From Candidatus Moraniibacteriota bacterium (GTDB lineage: Bacteria; Patescibacteriota; Minisyncoccia; Moranbacterales; UBA1568): a stretch of DNA of 64,000 bases. Made by a program: the position numbers and the translations under genes. The stretch covers positions 95,493 through 159,492 of the forward strand of contig JBAQEZ010000003.1 in assembly GCA_049287005.1 (NCBI GenBank), read 5' to 3'. Numbering within the stretch: position 1 is the first letter of the stretch; each line of letters opens with the position of its first letter. A model generated the notes under the pieces. The model ran no database searches and was not told the DNA's origin. It saw only the letters and a program-made list of their open reading frames with translations. Shown here piece after piece: positions 17,759 to 27,309 of this stretch.

Positions 17759-18748
17759 ATGTTCAAAATTTCCCTCCCGAGTTTTGGAGAGTTGGGGACG
17801 AAGTTGACACTGTTTCTTTTTTTCGGGTTGATTATTCTCAGTTCAGCCTTTTTTGTTTTGGCTCAAGACACCACCAGCACAAAGAATATTTTTCAGGATT
17901 CCGATCAGGATGGCTTGAGCAATGATGAAGAAAAGTTGTATGGTACGGATCCGATGAAGAAGGATACGGACGGCGATGGTTATAGCGATGGAATAGAAGT
18001 CGAGAGCGGGTATGATCCGCTCAGACATGCGCCGGGGGATAAGATTATCAAGGAAGGGAAGAAGACTGGAACGGCGCCGGCAGCCTCCCAGGAGGGAGCA
18101 GTCAACCTCACGGAACAAGTTTCTGGAGAGATTGCTACTCTGCTCAAAAGTACGGATCAAAACGGGCAGACCATTTCTTTGGATGATATCAATAATTCTG
18201 TAGATAAGGTCATGAGCGGTAATGTCGAAACGGTTATTCTGCCGGATATTGACATGAAGGAGATAAAAATAAAAAGCTTGCCGAAGAATTTGAATAAGAA
18301 AAAACAGGCAGAGCAAGAAAAGAAAGATGCTATCGAGTATCTGACCGTCCTGGCGTATTTGGTTGCGAATAATTCTCCGAAAATGTTTCAGACAGAAAGT
18401 GATTTAGGCGGGCTGTTGAATAATCTTTCAACGGAATCCATATCGGCCTTGGCATCAGGGAATACGCAGCCTCTCGATGATCTGTCGAAGAAGGGAGAAA
18501 AAATTCTGGGGGAGCTGAAGGATATAGAGGTGCCGGAGAAAATGGTGGATGTGCACGTGAAGGCTTTGCAGATGGCCAAATATGCCATGCAATTGAAAGG
18601 GGAGTTGAGGCCATCGGATACCGATCCGTTGGGGCAGATAGCGGTGCTTTCCAAAGCGCAGGGATTTTTTGGAAGCATTACCGGACTTGCTGATGAAGTA
18701 CAGAAGAAACTCGCTGATTATGGTATCGAGGAAATCCCGCTTAATTAG
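17759..18748 (+). CDS. secreted protein with Asp-rich calcium-binding-like repeats, hypothetical
   Basis: Signal/TM segment LTLFLFFGLIILSSAFFVLA followed by DSDQDGLSNDEE...DTDGDGYSDGIE. A TATAAT -10 box sits at 17725-17730. Start taken at the first ATG with a hydrophobic N-terminus. Confidence 0.6.
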   Translation: MFKISLPSFGELGTKLTLFLFFGLIILSSAFFVLAQDTTSTKNIFQDSDQDGLSNDEEKLYGTDPMKKDTDGDGYSDGIEVESGYDPLRHAPGDKIIKEGKKTGTAPAASQEGAVNLTEQVSGEIATLLKSTDQNGQTISLDDINNSVDKVMSGNVETVILPDIDMKEIKIKSLPKNLNKKKQAEQEKKDAIEYLTVLAYLVANNSPKMFQTESDLGGLLNNLSTESISALASGNTQPLDDLSKKGEKILGELKDIEVPEKMVDVHVKALQMAKYAMQLKGELRPSDTDPLGQIAVLSKAQGFFGSITGLADEVQKKLADYGIEEIPLN

Positions 18749-18751
18749 TTC

Positions 18752-19810
18752 TTGGTGATGGAGCGTATGAAGGAAAAAATGGCAAAGATGATGACCAGGC
18801 GCATGGTAGTTTCTCTTTTGATGTTCTTGAGTGTGACGTTCGGTTTGTTTCCGCAACCAGCGCATGCTCAAGCGTGGGGAGCTGTAAATATTTTTTCTGA
18901 CCTGATGATGAATGTCGTTGAGACTATCAAGCGTCAGATGGAAGGGATGTTGCTTGGAACATTGAAAATGGCGGCCATCCAGACGCTGAATAACCAGGTG
19001 AGTCAGCTGGTCGGCGGGTCAGCTGGAGGGAGACCGCTCTTTATTACCGATTACAATGAATTTCTGTATCAGGGGCCGCGCCAGCGGACGGATCTGTATA
19101 TGAATGATTTCTTCTCGACGACCACGCGCGGGAAAGGATCTTCAGCGAATTATATCGGCGTGGGGGATATGGGTGGCCTCGGCGGCAACTACGCCGCTTA
19201 CCTGAGAAGTGTCGCGGAGAGCACCACCACGAGAAGGGGCGCAGCTAATGTGTACGATTTGGAAGAGTACGTCGCGAGTCCGGATCAGTTGTTCGCACGT
19301 GGCGACTTTCGCGGGTTGAATGCGTTTTTTTCCAATCCGGCCAATAATACTTTCGGATACACGTTGCAAGCTGAAGAAGCGTATCAAAACCAATTGGATC
19401 AGGAAGAGCAGATGGCGATGGCCAAGGCGATTGCGGCGGGTGGTTTCTTGCCGAATGAAAAGAATGGAGTGGTGACGGCACCAGCGGCGACGATCGAAGC
19501 GGCCATGACCAATGTGCAGAACATCCCCAACCAAATGATTGCTGCCGCATCCAATCCGGGAGAACTTTTGAGTGGCGTCGTATCGGCGATGGCGAACAAG
19601 CTGGTGAGTAATCTGGTTCAAAAGGGAGTAGGTGAGGTGCAGTCAAAAATCACCAAGGAAATCAGCAGCGTCAATAACAAGATGTATGGTGAGATAAATA
19701 ATGCGACAAAAACATTGGGACCGGCAGTCCGCTATATGGGAGATATCAATAAGAACCTGAATGTCAATATCAGAACTAGCACGCCTCCGCCGCCTTCGCC
19801 GGTTCGTTGA
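18752..19810 (+). CDS. secreted hypothetical protein
   Basis: Signal peptide ending AHAQA; 352 aa; 4 nt after the preceding gene, so probably one operon. Confidence 0.6.
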   Translation: MVMERMKEKMAKMMTRRMVVSLLMFLSVTFGLFPQPAHAQAWGAVNIFSDLMMNVVETIKRQMEGMLLGTLKMAAIQTLNNQVSQLVGGSAGGRPLFITDYNEFLYQGPRQRTDLYMNDFFSTTTRGKGSSANYIGVGDMGGLGGNYAAYLRSVAESTTTRRGAANVYDLEEYVASPDQLFARGDFRGLNAFFSNPANNTFGYTLQAEEAYQNQLDQEEQMAMAKAIAAGGFLPNEKNGVVTAPAATIEAAMTNVQNIPNQMIAAASNPGELLSGVVSAMANKLVSNLVQKGVGEVQSKITKEISSVNNKMYGEINNATKTLGPAVRYMGDINKNLNVNIRTSTPPPPSPVR

Positions 19811-19832
19811 CGAATACGTGTGAAAAATTTAC

Positions 19833-19866
19833 CCCGCCTTTCGTGAGAAGCGGGGTAATTTTTTTG
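19833..19866 (+). terminator. rho-independent terminator
   Basis: CCCCGCctttcgtgagaaGCGGGGtaattttttt. Confidence 0.65.
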
Positions 19867-19946
19867 TGGGTTTGAAAAATGATTGGCTTATCCGGGTTCC
19901 CTACCCGACGGCAGGCGGGGAACTGGAAACCTCTACAATGTGCGGG

Positions 19947-20020
19947 TGGGTCTGTCCAGATTCGAACTGGAGACCTCTACAATGTCAATGTAGCGCTCTA
20001 ACCAACTGAGCTACAGACCC
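19947..20020 (-). tRNA. tRNA-Val (anticodon GAC)
   Basis: Reverse complement GGGTCTGTAGCTCAGTTGGTTAGAGCG-CTACA-TTGACAT-TGTAG-AGGTCTCCAGTTCGAATCTGGACAGACCCA. Confidence 0.8.
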
Positions 20021-20201
20021 GTTTTTAAATGAGGAACCGCGGCACTCTAACTTCACCCCGTCACCTATTCTAGCAAAACCGTATCTTAGTTGTCAGCGAA
20101 AGCCGCTAGGCGACTACGTCTTATGATGTGCGATAACTGAAGTTTTTTCCTGAATAGGTGACAGGGCAAGCCTGAGCTAATTGTCCAAGATCATAACGAG
20201 T

Positions 20202-21107
20202 TTACTGTGTCGGAGGAATTTCAGGGAGAACCCCGTTCTCCAGGACGCCCTCTGTTTCTGCCGCCACTTTGCTTTTTTCCTGTGGACTTGCGATCGCTTT
20301 GAAAAAAGCGAGCCAGAGAGCTTGTTCGAAAATGGCAAACCAGGTGAGGAAAAGAGCGGAAAGGGCAAAAGAAGGAAGAACCATCCCTCCAGCGGAGAGC
20401 CCAAACTTTTCCCAAAGAACAGTAATACCCAGGATAACGAGGTTCACGAAAAAAGTAAAGAGCAACGTCAGAATGAAAGAAAACAAGGCAAAAAAGAAGG
20501 AGAGGGACATAAAGCGAGAAAAAAGAAAACTGCCTGTTTCGATGGATCCGCGGAGGGAGAGCGAAGAAAAGAGGAGATAAAAAAGAGTAAATTGCTTGAT
20601 GAGAAAAACAATCAGGGCAATGAGCAGAAACGTGAGAAAACCAAAACTGATGAGAGTGGGCAGCGCTCCGGGGTTGGTGCGAGAAGCGATGAGCAGGGGA
20701 ACGCAGAGGATACCTATGACGGCAAGAAGAAACAAGAGGGTGAGAGACTCAATGGAAAAGGCGCGGAGGAAATTGTTTCTTACGGCTCGAGGGGTGCCGG
20801 GATGATTGGGGAGCTGATGCTTATGGACGATGAAGGAAAGAGCCACGATGAGATTGCTTTTTCCGATAACGCTGACGACAAAGAGTCCCAACAGAAGCAG
20901 CGAGAAAAAGAATACTTCTTGTGGCGTCTTTTGCACGATGGCACGGAAAAGCTCTTCCAGAGAGGATATCTTCGCCAAATCCGCATTCATGAAGGTGCCT
21001 ATGAGGCCGGACAGCGCCACGAGCGATCCGAAAATCCACGGCAGTCTTCTCGCACGAGAAGCGACCCAGGCTTCCAGGACAAGCTTATGAAAGTATACCT
21101 TTTCCAT
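20202..21107 (-). CDS. polytopic membrane protein, hypothetical
   Basis: 301 aa with at least 7 hydrophobic helices; preferred over the overlapping plus-strand K/E/R-rich ORF 20181..21311. Confidence 0.6.
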   Translation of the reverse strand: MEKVYFHKLVLEAWVASRARRLPWIFGSLVALSGLIGTFMNADLAKISSLEELFRAIVQKTPQEVFFFSLLLLGLFVVSVIGKSNLIVALSFIVHKHQLPNHPGTPRAVRNNFLRAFSIESLTLLFLLAVIGILCVPLLIASRTNPGALPTLISFGFLTFLLIALIVFLIKQFTLFYLLFSSLSLRGSIETGSFLFSRFMSLSFFFALFSFILTLLFTFFVNLVILGITVLWEKFGLSAGGMVLPSFALSALFLTWFAIFEQALWLAFFKAIASPQEKSKVAAETEGVLENGVLPEIPPTQ

Positions 21108-21188
21108 ATTTTACGAACCAGTTATTGCCCCAAGCCCTACCTGTTTCTGGCAGGTGCGCGAGTATCACGAGCTGCAGACAAACGGTAT

Positions 21189-23027
21189 TTATGCAGCCTC
21201 CGCGGTGGGAGATATTTTCCCCACGATAGCATCGAATTCATCTTTTTCGAGAGTCTCTTTTTCCAGCAGTGTGTGTGCCAATACATCGAGCACCGTACGT
21301 CTTTCGTTTAGGATCTGTGTCGCGCGGTCGAAAGCGGTATTGATCAGGTGTGACACCTCTCCGTCAATATCTTGGGCGGTTTTTTCCGAATAGTCTCGAT
21401 CTTCATGCATGTCGCGGCCAAGGAAGACCAGCTCATCTTTCTTGCCGAATGTCCGTGCTCCTAACCGGCTCATACCGTAGCGGGTCACCATGTTGCGAGC
21501 CATCTGGGTGGCGCGTTCCAGGTCGCTGGAGGGGCCGGTAGTGGTGTCGCCGAAGATCATTTTTTCGCTGGCGTACCCGCCGAGCAGCATCGCCAACTCA
21601 TCGAGGAAATAGTTGTGGGAATGCAGACTTTTGTCTTCCGATGGGACGGCCAACGTGTATCCGCCCGCGTGTCCGCGCGAAATGATGGAGACCTTTTGTA
21701 CGGGATCGGCGTAGAGGAGACTGGCACCGACGAGCGCGTGTCCGCCTTCATGATAGGCGATGATTTCTTTTTCCTTCTTGTTGATCACGCGGCTCCGGCG
21801 TTCCGGGCCGAGAATCACTTTCTCGATGGACTCAGTCAATTCCGGCATGCCGATTGTTTTTTTGTTACGGCGCGTGGCGAGAATAGCGGCCTCATTCACC
21901 AGATTGGCGAGATCGGCACCGGAGAATCCGGGGGTGCGTTCGGCGATCGTGCGGAGAGAGACCTCTTTCTCGATGGGCTTGTTTTTCGTATGAATCACGA
22001 GGATCTGATCCCGCTCGTTGATATCCGGCAGATCCATCGTGACGCGACGGTCAAAACGGCCGGGACGGAGGAGAGCTGGATCAAGTACGTCGGGGCGGTT
22101 GGTAGCGGCGATGACAATAACGCTGGTGTCAGTTTCAAATCCATCCATTTCTACTAAAATTTGGTTCAAGGTCTGTTCGCGTTCGTCGTGTCCGCCGCCG
22201 AGGCCTGCGCCGCGATGGCGTCCCACAGCGTCGATTTCATCGATGAAGACGATTGAGGGGGCATTCTTTTTCGCTTGTTTGAAAAGATCGCGGACACGAC
22301 TGGCGCCGACACCGACAAACATCTCAACGAATTCTGAGCCACTGATATTGAAAAATGGTACGCCGGCCTCACCGGCTACCGCTTTGGCCATAAGCGTTTT
22401 GCCTGTTCCTGGGGGACCAAGGAGCAGCACCCCCTTGGGGATTTTCGCTCCCATACTGAGGAATTTCTTCGGATATTTCAAAAAGTCGACGATTTCCTCG
22501 AGTTCGGCCTTGGTTTCCTCCGCGCCCGCGACATCCGCGAACATGGTGCGCTTCTTCTTATCTTTCGGATCGAGCATCCGGGCACGACTCATGCCGAAAG
22601 ACAGCGCCTGAGCGTTGCCTCGCTGCGCTTGACGCAACATGAACCAAATAAAGGCGCCGATCAGCAGGAAGGGGAGCAAAAACGGCAGAAGCGTAGCGAG
22701 CCACAACGACCACCCGGAAACTTCCGTGACCGAGATGGAAACAGTGCTCAATTTTTCTTTGTCGATGCCGTAATTGGTAAACGTTTCGGTCAGCGAGCTC
22801 TCTCCTTCTTTGCTGGCTTTTTGCTTGTTCCCATCCTGCAGTTCGATGTCGAGATTGTTACTTTGGACGGTGATGGTCTTTACCTGGCCTTGATTGATTT
22901 CGGAGACCAATTCGCTCAAAGAGACAGGAGCCGGTTTCTTCTCCGGTGTCTGGTAGAGAATGATGATGCCGGAGACCAACAGAAAGAATAGAATGATGGT
23001 GAAAAGGTTCTTGAATATTTTTTCCAT
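21189..23027 (-). CDS. ftsH: ATP-dependent zinc metalloprotease FtsH
   Basis: N-terminal TM; AAA Walker [27 protein letters not shown]; HEGGHAL zinc-binding motif. Confidence 0.9.
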   Translation of the reverse strand: MEKIFKNLFTIILFFLLVSGIIILYQTPEKKPAPVSLSELVSEINQGQVKTITVQSNNLDIELQDGNKQKASKEGESSLTETFTNYGIDKEKLSTVSISVTEVSGWSLWLATLLPFLLPFLLIGAFIWFMLRQAQRGNAQALSFGMSRARMLDPKDKKKRTMFADVAGAEETKAELEEIVDFLKYPKKFLSMGAKIPKGVLLLGPPGTGKTLMAKAVAGEAGVPFFNISGSEFVEMFVGVGASRVRDLFKQAKKNAPSIVFIDEIDAVGRHRGAGLGGGHDEREQTLNQILVEMDGFETDTSVIVIAATNRPDVLDPALLRPGRFDRRVTMDLPDINERDQILVIHTKNKPIEKEVSLRTIAERTPGFSGADLANLVNEAAILATRRNKKTIGMPELTESIEKVILGPERRSRVINKKEKEIIAYHEGGHALVGASLLYADPVQKVSIISRGHAGGYTLAVPSEDKSLHSHNYFLDELAMLLGGYASEKMIFGDTTTGPSSDLERATQMARNMVTRYGMSRLGARTFGKKDELVFLGRDMHEDRDYSEKTAQDIDGEVSHLINTAFDRATQILNERRTVLDVLAHTLLEKETLEKDEFDAIVGKISPTAEAA

Positions 23028-23047
23028 AGTATGTGTGAAGATAAAAA

Positions 23048-24082
23048 CTAAAAATTGAGTAGTCTCACTATATCACCTTTTCGGACGAACTTCAATCCCC
23101 TGAAGGTCAATGTTTGAGTCTTGCCTTTGGTGCTTTTGAGGGCCTTGATAAGCTCATTAACCAGGTTTTTGTCCGGGTTTTTTCCGGACAGAAACGGCGT
23201 CAGTACGAAACGTAGCTCCTGACGGATGAGTGCTAGCGGCAATGCCACGATGGCGGCACAGGAGAACTCTACGGCGAGCGGGCTTTGCTTGATAGCCAGC
23301 GTGGCGGGGATACTGGTCAGCGTGGCGTAATCTTCGCCGAGCAAGAGGGCGGTTTCCGCCAGCAATTTTCTCGTCTGAGGTTGGAAATTTTTTTCCAGGT
23401 AGGGGATGAGCGCGTGGCGGATTTGATTCCGAAAGTACCGAGGGTCAGTGTTGCTCTTGTCTTCTCGGGAGGTGATGTGACGCTCCTTCAGATACTGCGT
23501 GATATCCGACCGGCTCATTTCGATGAGCGGACGAATCACATGATCGTTCTTGGGACGCATCGCGGATAATCCAGATAATCCGGCACCGCGCAGGAGTCGC
23601 ATGAGCAGCGTTTCTGCCTGATCGTCTTGATTATGAGCAACGACAATGGAATGCGCGTTTATTTTTTGGCGGGTTGCTTCGAAAAAAGCGTAACGAATAT
23701 CGCGGAGCGTTTCTTCTGAGGCGTTTTTCAATTTTTTCTCTTGGGAGAGGCAAGAGAAGGTCAGTCCGTAACGGAGTGCCGCCCCTCTCACCAACCGCTC
23801 ATCTTGAGTGGAGTCTCTGCCGCGCAGATGGTAATTCACATGAACGACGTGGAGCGCGAAGGCCTGTTTTTTTTGCAAGAGCACGAGCATATCCAGGAGG
23901 CAGAGACTGTCCGACCCTCCGGAAACACAGACAATGAAAGCGTCTCCTCTGTGCCAGAGGTCGAATTTGTGTGCCGTGTTCTGCGCGCGCTTGATACAGC
24001 GGCGGACAAACGTCGAAAGAGGCGCTTCACGCGGCGGAAGCACTTTTTTCGATAATGGCACGGACTTTTTCGATGGCTTCAT
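23048..24082 (-). CDS. tilS: tRNA(Ile)-lysidine synthetase TilS (start uncertain)
   Basis: PP-loop FIVCVSGGSDSLCLLDML; sits upstream of ftsH in the conserved arrangement. The track ORF extends to 24172 but overlaps gmk, so Met31 (24082) or a later non-ATG start is more likely. Confidence 0.7.
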   Translation of the reverse strand: MKPSKKSVPLSKKVLPPREAPLSTFVRRCIKRAQNTAHKFDLWHRGDAFIVCVSGGSDSLCLLDMLVLLQKKQAFALHVVHVNYHLRGRDSTQDERLVRGAALRYGLTFSCLSQEKKLKNASEETLRDIRYAFFEATRQKINAHSIVVAHNQDDQAETLLMRLLRGAGLSGLSAMRPKNDHVIRPLIEMSRSDITQYLKERHITSREDKSNTDPRYFRNQIRHALIPYLEKNFQPQTRKLLAETALLLGEDYATLTSIPATLAIKQSPLAVEFSCAAIVALPLALIRQELRFVLTPFLSGKNPDKNLVNELIKALKSTKGKTQTLTFRGLKFVRKGDIVRLLNF

Positions 24083-24590
24083 CGAGCTTGCCCTGCTTGT
24101 TTTCGACGGTGTAGTCATAAAGATCTGTATGTTTGAGCCATTCTCTCGTATACTCCATGCGTTCCTGTACATATTCTTCTGTCAGATTGTCTCGCCTGCG
24201 GATGCGCTGTTCCAATACTTCCAAGGGAGCGATGATGAATATCGCGATGATGTTCGGAAAGAGACGCTTGGCGGTGGCTACGCCCTGATAGTCAATTTTC
24301 CATATGCCGATTTTTTCTGAAGCGGCGATGCGCTCCAATTCTTTCTTGGTTACGCCGTAGTAGTTTCCGTTGTAGTGTTGGGCGTATTCCACCATGTCGC
24401 CGCGTTCGATGTTCTCCTCGAACGCTGCTCGGGAAATGAAATAATACGGATGACCGTCGCTCTCCCCGATCCGTTTGGGACGCGTGACGGTAGTAATGAT
24501 GGTTTCTGTCGGCAGCCGTTTCGAGAGGCCATCAATGATGGAATCTTCTCCGGCGCCGGAGGGTCCGGAAATAATAAAAATATTCTTCAT
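24027..24590 (-). CDS. gmk: guanylate kinase-like protein with non-canonical P-loop (GPSGAGEDS: Walker-A Lys replaced by Glu)
   Basis: MKNIFIISGPSGAGEDS...TTVTRPKRIGESDGHPYYFIS matches the GMK fold motifs. Codon GAA sits at the usual Lys position, verified on the DNA. Confidence 0.65.
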   Translation of the reverse strand: MKNIFIISGPSGAGEDSIIDGLSKRLPTETIITTVTRPKRIGESDGHPYYFISRAAFEENIERGDMVEYAQHYNGNYYGVTKKELERIAASEKIGIWKIDYQGVATAKRLFPNIIAIFIIAPLEVLEQRIRRRDNLTEEYVQERMEYTREWLKHTDLYDYTVENKQGKLDEAIEKVRAIIEKSASAA

Positions 24591-24652
24591 ATTTTTGATG
24601 CTTGATTGGAAGGACGAAAACGTCCTGGATGAGCAGGACATTTTCGTGAGAC

Positions 24653-25858
24653 TTACGCTTTTTCTTCCTCGGTTTCTTTTCCTTTCTCCGCTTTTGTCGT
24701 CTTGCTTTCTTTGGCGGCTCCTTCTTTCACCGGGAGGAGACCCATGCGGTGACTTTTCGGTTCAATGGAGAGGATGCTCCAGGTGTAGGTCTCGCCTTCC
24801 TTGAAAACTTCCTCAATCTTTTTACCGGGGTATACCTCAGAGAATTCGCTGACATGAGCCAGGCCATGGATATCCTTATTCAGATAGACGAAGGCACCGA
24901 AGTGATTGATCTTGTCCACTTTGCCGGGAACGATATCGCCAACTTTGTATTTTTCCAGCACGGCGTTCCAAGGATCTTCTTTCAGAGCCTTCATAGAAAG
25001 CGAAATGCGCGTATCTTCGATGCCGATGATCTTGGCTTCGACGTGGTCGCCCGTCTTGATCACTTCGCGCGGATCATCGATGAGCTGCCAAGCGAGTTCG
25101 GAGATATGCACCAGACCCTCCAGTTTTTCCGTGGATTTTTTCTCACCTTCTTTGGTGGCGGGAGTGAATTTGATGAAGGCACCGAAATCGACAACCCCGC
25201 TCACTTCGCCGCTGACGACTTCGCCTACGCGGAGGAGATTGATGAGCTCACGTTCTTTTTCGCTCTGCGCAGCCTTTTCGCTGACAATCAGCTTTTCGTT
25301 TTCCCGATCCGCATCGAGGATGCGGACATGGACTTCTTGCCCGATCAGTTTTTTGAGTAAATCAAGAATCTTGTTCTTGTCACCGTCTTCAACGCGCGGA
25401 TAGTGCTCGCTCGACAACTGAGACACCGGAAGAAAGCCCGCGATGCCGTTCACTTCGATCATCAAACCACCTTTGTTGGCTTCGACGACCTTCGTCGTGA
25501 CCACTTCGCGGTTCGTGAGCTTGTGTTCAATATCATCCCAAGACTTCTCATAGGAAGCTTCGCGGATGGACAGCTCGATATACCCGTCCTCGTTCTCGTA
25601 GTCCATCAGTGTCGCGACGATAGTGGTGCCGACTTTCAGTTTTCCTTCGGGACCGAGGCCATCGCGCATTTCTTTGCCCAGCACGATTCCGGTTCCGATA
25701 GAGCCCAGATCGATCAAGGCGTAACTGGAAGACACGTGGATTACCGTGCCCTGGACCACCTCGCCCACTTCGGGAATTTCTACCACGTGTTTGGTAAAAA
25801 GCTCATCCATAGCTGACGGATTGAGATTGACTTCTTTAACTTGTGTGGTTTTGGTCAT
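24653..25858 (-). CDS. rpsA: 30S ribosomal protein S1 (four S1 domains)
   Basis: Repeated S1 motifs: GEVVQGTVIHV, GEVVSGEVSGVVDFGAFIKF, GDIVPGKVDKINHFGAFVYL. Confidence 0.85.
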   Translation of the reverse strand: MTKTTQVKEVNLNPSAMDELFTKHVVEIPEVGEVVQGTVIHVSSSYALIDLGSIGTGIVLGKEMRDGLGPEGKLKVGTTIVATLMDYENEDGYIELSIREASYEKSWDDIEHKLTNREVVTTKVVEANKGGLMIEVNGIAGFLPVSQLSSEHYPRVEDGDKNKILDLLKKLIGQEVHVRILDADRENEKLIVSEKAAQSEKERELINLLRVGEVVSGEVSGVVDFGAFIKFTPATKEGEKKSTEKLEGLVHISELAWQLIDDPREVIKTGDHVEAKIIGIEDTRISLSMKALKEDPWNAVLEKYKVGDIVPGKVDKINHFGAFVYLNKDIHGLAHVSEFSEVYPGKKIEEVFKEGETYTWSILSIEPKSHRMGLLPVKEGAAKESKTTKAEKGKETEEEKA

Positions 25859-26211
25859 AAATGTGTTATGTCTTGCAGGCTTGCTCCGGCTTGCGATAAA
25901 GAATTAATCGAGCAAAGGCTTCATTAAAAGCAAAAAACACCGTTCAATGTGGGTGTCTTAGAAAAACGACTGTAACGTTGAAGATTGCAACATCTTCGTA
26001 TTCAGTTGTGTTAGTCTAATTACCCTGAGCTTTCTTCAGCACTCAGTAGTATAATAGAGGAAGTTGCCTTTTTTGGCAAGGAGCGAAAGTGCCTCTTATA
26101 AAAAGTGTTACAAAGTAAAGCAATCTTAGGTGGACAGGGAGAGGGAGAACATGATACACTGGGTGCAGTCCGATGGAATTCGGAAGGTTTGGATGTTTAC
26201 TTTCTTGAAAT

Positions 26212-26871
26212 ATGAATATACAGTATTACGGTGATTATTGCTTTAAAATAAGCACAAAACCAGCGGGACGAGCGACGGAAGATGTAGTCATTTGGACGGA
26301 CCCTTTGCAAAAAGGAGCGGGACTCCGTTCCCCGCAAGGACAAGTCGACATCGTGTTTTTGTCTCATGGGAAAAAAGAAGAAACGAAAGATACGCTCAAA
26401 GAGGAGACGATTGTTCTCGACGCTCCGGGAGAATACGCTGCCAAGGGTATTTCCTCCCTCGGCTTTTCGGCTTATGCAGATATGAGTGAAGGCACGGAAA
26501 GGGGCCAGAACACGATTTTTATTTTTGAAAGCGAAGATATCCATATCTGTTACTTGGGGGCTTTGGGGCATGATTTGTCGCCGGAGTTGCTCGATAAATT
26601 GAATGGCGTGGATATCTTATTCCTTCCGGTCGGGGGAGCCGATGCTCTGGACGCCAAATTGGCGGCCGAGCTGGTGCACAAGATCGAACCGAATATCATC
26701 ATCCCGATGCATTACCAGATTCCGGGGCTGACGTTGCCTCTCGATACCGAAAAAGCCTTTTGCAATGCGATGGGGAATTGTCCATCGCAGACACTCCCCA
26801 AACTCAATATCAAAAAGAAAGATCTGGAAGGCAAGGTGATGGAAGTAGTGTTACTCGAACGAGGCGTGTAA
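26212..26871 (+). CDS. MBL-fold metal-dependent hydrolase
   Basis: 219 aa; HxHxDH-like region (FLSHGK...) and UPF0173-like layout; moderate. Confidence 0.6.
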   Translation: MNIQYYGDYCFKISTKPAGRATEDVVIWTDPLQKGAGLRSPQGQVDIVFLSHGKKEETKDTLKEETIVLDAPGEYAAKGISSLGFSAYADMSEGTERGQNTIFIFESEDIHICYLGALGHDLSPELLDKLNGVDILFLPVGGADALDAKLAAELVHKIEPNIIIPMHYQIPGLTLPLDTEKAFCNAMGNCPSQTLPKLNIKKKDLEGKVMEVVLLERGV

Positions 26872-26874
26872 ATT

Positions 26875-27234
26875 ATGGCACAAGGCTTGTGGGAAAAAAT
26901 AGAGGCGATCCGTGCGCAGCCGGAACATATCCGTATGCGCTATGTGGTGGGATGCTTGTTCGTTTCTATGTTGTTTATCGTCGGTATCTGGCTTTTGACC
27001 GTAGGGGAAAGTTTTCACAGTATCAGCAAGGAGGTCCCGGCCGCCGCCCTCAAAGGCAAGGAATTACTGCCAAAAAACCAAGTGCCGTCATTCAGCAGCT
27101 TATTGGAACGGACAACGCCTCTGCAGGTTGATAACCAAGGCATGCAGGAGAATGGGGATTATTTTGATAAGCAATTTCAGAAAGGCGCGCAAAATACGAC
27201 CGAGAATGCCCAGACAGCGCCGCAGGCTCTGTAA
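26875..27234 (+). CDS. small membrane-anchored hypothetical protein
   Basis: One TM helix (YVVGCLFVSMLFIVGIWLLTV); 4 nt after the previous gene. Confidence 0.45.
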   Translation: MAQGLWEKIEAIRAQPEHIRMRYVVGCLFVSMLFIVGIWLLTVGESFHSISKEVPAAALKGKELLPKNQVPSFSSLLERTTPLQVDNQGMQENGDYFDKQFQKGAQNTTENAQTAPQAL

Positions 27235-27309
27235 CAGTGTCAGTCTGGTGTCGTATACTTTTGAAAGCGGATCCAAGAGAAATATATTTAACTGAAGAGA
27301 GCGTACCAT

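Noticed and set aside
19861-19946. Second tRNA adjacent to tRNA-Val
   Set aside because: No D-arm or acceptor stem can be formed; only a 23-nt internal fragment of tRNA-Val is duplicated. Treated as a scar (see findings).
20181-21311. 376-aa plus-strand ORF
   Set aside because: K/E/R/G-rich nonsense antisense to a convincing 7-TM membrane protein gene (20202..21107).
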